From IMG/VR virus record IMGVR_UViG_2814123061_000003: a stretch of 20,000 nucleotides of DNA. One strand, given 5' to 3'. Below the pieces are notes generated by a model. The model was not told where the DNA came from, ran no database searches, and was given only the letters and a program-made list of their open reading frames with translations. Each line of letters begins with the position of its first letter. Position 1 is the stretch's first letter. This stretch comes from an uncultured virus (IMG/VR IMGVR_UViG_2814123061_000003) (Duplodnaviria > Heunggongvirae > Uroviricota > Caudoviricetes). The position numbers were made by a program, and so were the translations under genes. Shown here piece after piece: positions 17,462-20,000 of this stretch.

Positions 17462-17467
17462 TATTTA
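17462..17467 (-). promoter_or_regulatory. Minus-strand TAAATA box for the endolysin
   Basis: 38 nt before the lysozyme ATG. The only minus-strand copy found by manual scan. Confidence 0.65.
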
Positions 17468-17468
17468 T

Positions 17469-17900
17469 ATGGAAGCATGGCAATACAACGAAGATTGGAG
17501 CGAGAAGGAATTAACAAACGGAAGTTATGTAGGATTCGTGTACTTGTTCCAATTTGAAGATAACACAAGCTACATAGGCAGCAAACAGATGTACAAGAGA
17601 GTTAAGGATATTAAGAAACTAAAAGATAATTCAATAGAAAACGGATGGCGTGAGTATAGTTCAAGTTCAAAAATAGTTAATTCCAAGATTGAAGAAGGGT
17701 TGAATTATACTCGTACCATCTTGTGGGCTTTCCCTTCGATGAAAGAAACACTTTTTGTAGAAACAGCATTAATCATAAATGAAGGACTAAAAACGGGTAA
17801 TCTAAACCTTGCCGTAATGCATAAGGCAAGATTACCGAGTGGGAAAGATGCTGTACGTATTCGTGGAATCCTTCAATCATTATATGAAATACTCAATTAA
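17469..17900 (+). CDS. GIY-YIG family nuclease
   Basis: GFVYLFQFEDNTSYIGSK motif followed by WREYSSSS, a downstream Glu and a C-terminal NLN. Confidence 0.75.
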   Translation: MEAWQYNEDWSEKELTNGSYVGFVYLFQFEDNTSYIGSKQMYKRVKDIKKLKDNSIENGWREYSSSSKIVNSKIEEGLNYTRTILWAFPSMKETLFVETALIINEGLKTGNLNLAVMHKARLPSGKDAVRIRGILQSLYEILN

Positions 17901-17909
17901 GGAATTGAT

Positions 17910-18518
17910 ATGGCTTGGAGAAACAGTAATAGTCCTAATGATATGAAGCGATTCATAAACAAGAATAGCCCAAAGATAGGACAAGAATTTAAAAAAGAAT
18001 TAAGTAGCCGTATGCGTATTGTTACACAGCACATTCAAAGAAAGATTGATAATGATGTAGCGGGTGGTGGTGTCGCGTTTACTGGAAAGAGTATGTACTT
18101 TAACTTTAGAAAGATAAATGAGTTCAAGACAGTTAACCAAATCATCCTATTACCTAATCAAGCATCATATTTGAAGTACATTCTTGATCCAGTATATAAG
18201 CATGTTAATGAAAGTAAGATCATACCTTACCAGAATGCTAAGTTAACGAAACAGGGCAACATTACACAACTACGTTCTAGATCTAAGAGTAATAAATACA
18301 AAAAGGTGAAGAGTAAGAATGGTAATACGTACTTAATCGACACTACCAAGAAATCCTCTAAACGCAATCCTAAACTAGCACGTGAACAGAGGGTGATTGG
18401 TTACTATGGTTCCGTTGGTAGAAAACCATTGTTTGATTTCTATGATGAAACCGAGAAGCAAGTAATAGAACAATTAAGAACATTACGCGGTACGTTTGAT
18501 TACCGTTGGAGGAAGTAA
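17910..18518 (+). CDS. Basic protein, possibly tail completion protein (gpZ-like)
   Basis: Very Lys/Arg-rich, 202 aa. AFT..S, QASYL and C-terminal FDFY patterns recall gpZ-like proteins. SD AAGGA. Confidence 0.45.
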   Translation: MAWRNSNSPNDMKRFINKNSPKIGQEFKKELSSRMRIVTQHIQRKIDNDVAGGGVAFTGKSMYFNFRKINEFKTVNQIILLPNQASYLKYILDPVYKHVNESKIIPYQNAKLTKQGNITQLRSRSKSNKYKKVKSKNGNTYLIDTTKKSSKRNPKLAREQRVIGYYGSVGRKPLFDFYDETEKQVIEQLRTLRGTFDYRWRK

Positions 18519-18519
18519 G

Positions 18520-18843
18520 ATGGATAACTTAGAAAATTTCCCATGTTATGATCATTCTGTACTAACAGATTTTTCTTTTCAGACAATACAACCTGTAAGT
18601 GTTACATTACCATATGATAAAGCACTATCTGGTAGTAAGCTCATAAAAAAGAAAGTAGATAAAACAAAAGGTGATTTAGTCGTATATAGCTTCCATCATC
18701 ATACAACACCTAAAGTAAATGAAGATGATGTATTGATGGTTGAACTACTAAAAAAACAAGTAGAAGTAAAGGTACTATTATCTTACAACCACATCTTTAA
18801 AGGTCATCGCGTAGTTTCTTGTGTTTGCCAAATACAAGGATAA
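18520..18843 (+). CDS. Hypothetical protein (107 aa)
   Basis: ATG 18520 has an SD GGAGG just upstream, which is better supported than the TTG at 18496. Confidence 0.7.
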   Translation: MDNLENFPCYDHSVLTDFSFQTIQPVSVTLPYDKALSGSKLIKKKVDKTKGDLVVYSFHHHTTPKVNEDDVLMVELLKKQVEVKVLLSYNHIFKGHRVVSCVCQIQG

Positions 18844-18846
18844 AAT

Positions 18847-19149
18847 ATGTTAAGTATTATCATTGACCTTATCAAATCAGGGATTAGCCTTTTTAGTAAG
18901 AATAAAACCGAAGTTGCTAAGTCAAAAGACGAACTTGAGACAGAAAAAACGAATGAAGCACAGGAAACAAACCGTGAAGAGATCAAAGCTGGTAGAGGCT
19001 GGAGATCATTCTTAGGTTATGCGTGTACTTTCATTCTTGTGTATAACTATATCTTAGTACCTATCTTAGATTACTTTGGTATTGTTTTATTCTCTTTCCC
19101 ACTATCTGACATTATCAGAATCATCGTTTTGTTACTTAGTGGTAACTAA
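18847..19149 (+). CDS. Putative holin (3TM/gene-transfer-release-like family)
   Basis: GWRSFLGYAC motif followed by hydrophobic segments, with an amphipathic N-terminus. Confidence 0.65.
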   Translation: MLSIIIDLIKSGISLFSKNKTEVAKSKDELETEKTNEAQETNREEIKAGRGWRSFLGYACTFILVYNYILVPILDYFGIVLFSFPLSDIIRIIVLLLSGN

Positions 19150-19153
19150 AGTT

Positions 19154-19177
19154 AAAGCCCCAATCGGGGCTTTTTTT
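19154..19177 (+). terminator. Intrinsic terminator ending the late region
   Basis: AAAGCCCC-AATC-GGGGC followed by T7. Confidence 0.92.
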
Positions 19178-19226
19178 ATGGTTTTATATTGTTCTTTTGT
19201 TATAAATGGTTTCCTGGCGTAAATGC

Positions 19227-19255
19227 TTGCAATACTATAAAGGTTACTTTATTCT
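19227..19255 (+). promoter_or_regulatory. Putative sigma70 promoter of the moron gene
   Basis: TTGCAA-17 nt-TATTCT. Confidence 0.55.
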
Positions 19256-19289
19256 TTGTGTGTTAATTTTTATGGAGTAGATTGCTAAA

Positions 19290-20000
19290 ATGTCTTCCAA
19301 CTTAAAAATAGTAATTTTTGTATCAGTGTTTTTTGTCTTTTTTATTATATATAAATCCTGTCCTGAATATATATCTGGAATAAAAATTACAGATTGGATT
19401 TCAGCCTTATGTAATGTTTTTATGGCTGGGGCGGCAATTGGTGGTTTTTGGATAGCAAAGAATTGGCAAAGACAAAAAATGCATGAGGATGCTTATCAGT
19501 TATCAAAGAAAATCGTTCTGAATAATTATAGAGATATCTCCAATGTGTATTCTGATCTCTATGTTCGACTGGATTTTTATAGCATTTTCATTTCCGCATT
19601 ACCACAAAGAGGGAAGGAGCATTTACCAAGTATAGAAAAGGTTCATCAGTTTAAAAATAAACTCAACTCACTCTATCATTTAAGAAGTGAACTTGAAGAT
19701 AATCTTTTGTATATTGAAAAGCTTGGTTGGAAATTTAAAATCGAATTGCTGGCTTATGATGAGGAATTTAATAATATAGCTTTTGGCGATTTACTTCAAA
19801 CAACTAAATCTGCTTTGGATACAATTGAGTTTATTATACTTAGTATCGAGAATGAAGATCAGAATGATATAGTTAAAGGTAAGCGTGAGTACTTAGAGTA
19901 CATGATAACAATCAAACATGAGCAAAGATTGTTAGATGCTAAGTATGAGTACTTCAAAAACTTTTCAAAACAAGTTAATGGTTATTTTGATATTGAGTGA
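19290..20000 (+). CDS. Membrane protein of unknown function (moron-like), 236 aa
   Basis: Two N-terminal hydrophobic segments then a helical soluble domain. More T-rich than upstream genes. SD GGAG at 19274-19277, stop TGA at 19998-20000. Confidence 0.75.
   Translation: MSSNLKIVIFVSVFFVFFIIYKSCPEYISGIKITDWISALCNVFMAGAAIGGFWIAKNWQRQKMHEDAYQLSKKIVLNNYRDISNVYSDLYVRLDFYSIFISALPQRGKEHLPSIEKVHQFKNKLNSLYHLRSELEDNLLYIEKLGWKFKIELLAYDEEFNNIAFGDLLQTTKSALDTIEFIILSIENEDQNDIVKGKREYLEYMITIKHEQRLLDAKYEYFKNFSKQVNGYFDIE

Larger units (their letters stand above)
17433..17468. repeat. Perfect 13-bp inverted repeat carrying both promoter boxes and both SD sequences
   Basis: ATAAATACCTTAT (17433-17445), 10-nt spacer, ATAAGGTATTTAT (17456-17468). 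Confidence 0.95.
1..19177 (+). mobile_element. Siphovirus-type phage/prophage morphogenesis and lysis region
   Basis: Contiguous portal, protease/capsid, head-tail, tail tube, chaperone, tape measure, tail tip and lysis genes in lambdoid order. No sheath gene. Whether it is integrated cannot be told from this window. Confidence 0.95.

Noticed and set aside
395..18298. Other plus-strand TAAATA copies (395, 629, 1364, 2695, 2734, 4627, 7110, 7817, 11499, 12813, 18293)
   Set aside because: Not at a consistent distance from starts, and the hexamer is expected often in AT-rich sense DNA. Not called individually, though some may be functional.
18804..18986. Minus-strand 60-aa ORF
   Set aside because: Shadow of the holin and upstream gene.
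1..19177. Capsid-forming PICI, tailocin or GTA interpretation
   Set aside because: Both full head and full tail modules are present, which argues against a cf-PICI or tailocin. Nothing in the window specifically supports a GTA.

Overview
This window is the virion morphogenesis and lysis region of an AT-rich siphovirus-type phage or prophage. Gene order: lambda-like portal (partial), fused protease-scaffold-capsid, head-tail joining, tail terminator, a tail-tube paralogue fused to fibre repeats, a 940-aa GH8-like glycoside hydrolase, major tail protein, frameshifted chaperones, tape measure, tail tip genes, a TM/coiled-coil protein, an inverted T4-type lysozyme, a GIY-YIG nuclease, a displaced tail-completion-like gene, a holin, and a sigma70-type moron after a terminator. 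The main unexplained signal is regulatory. A TAAATA/TATAAATA box, the T4 gp55 late-promoter motif, lies about 27-61 nt upstream of many gene starts, including two internal starts in the capsid fusion. By manual scan it occurs only once on the minus strand, directly upstream of the only minus-strand gene, inside a perfect 13-bp inverted repeat. No sigma factor is encoded in the window, so late expression may depend on a gp55-like factor encoded elsewhere in this genome or supplied by a co-infecting T4-like phage. GGA-loop hairpins resembling CsrA sites accompany several of these starts. All product calls come from motif recognition and synteny by eye; no searches were run.
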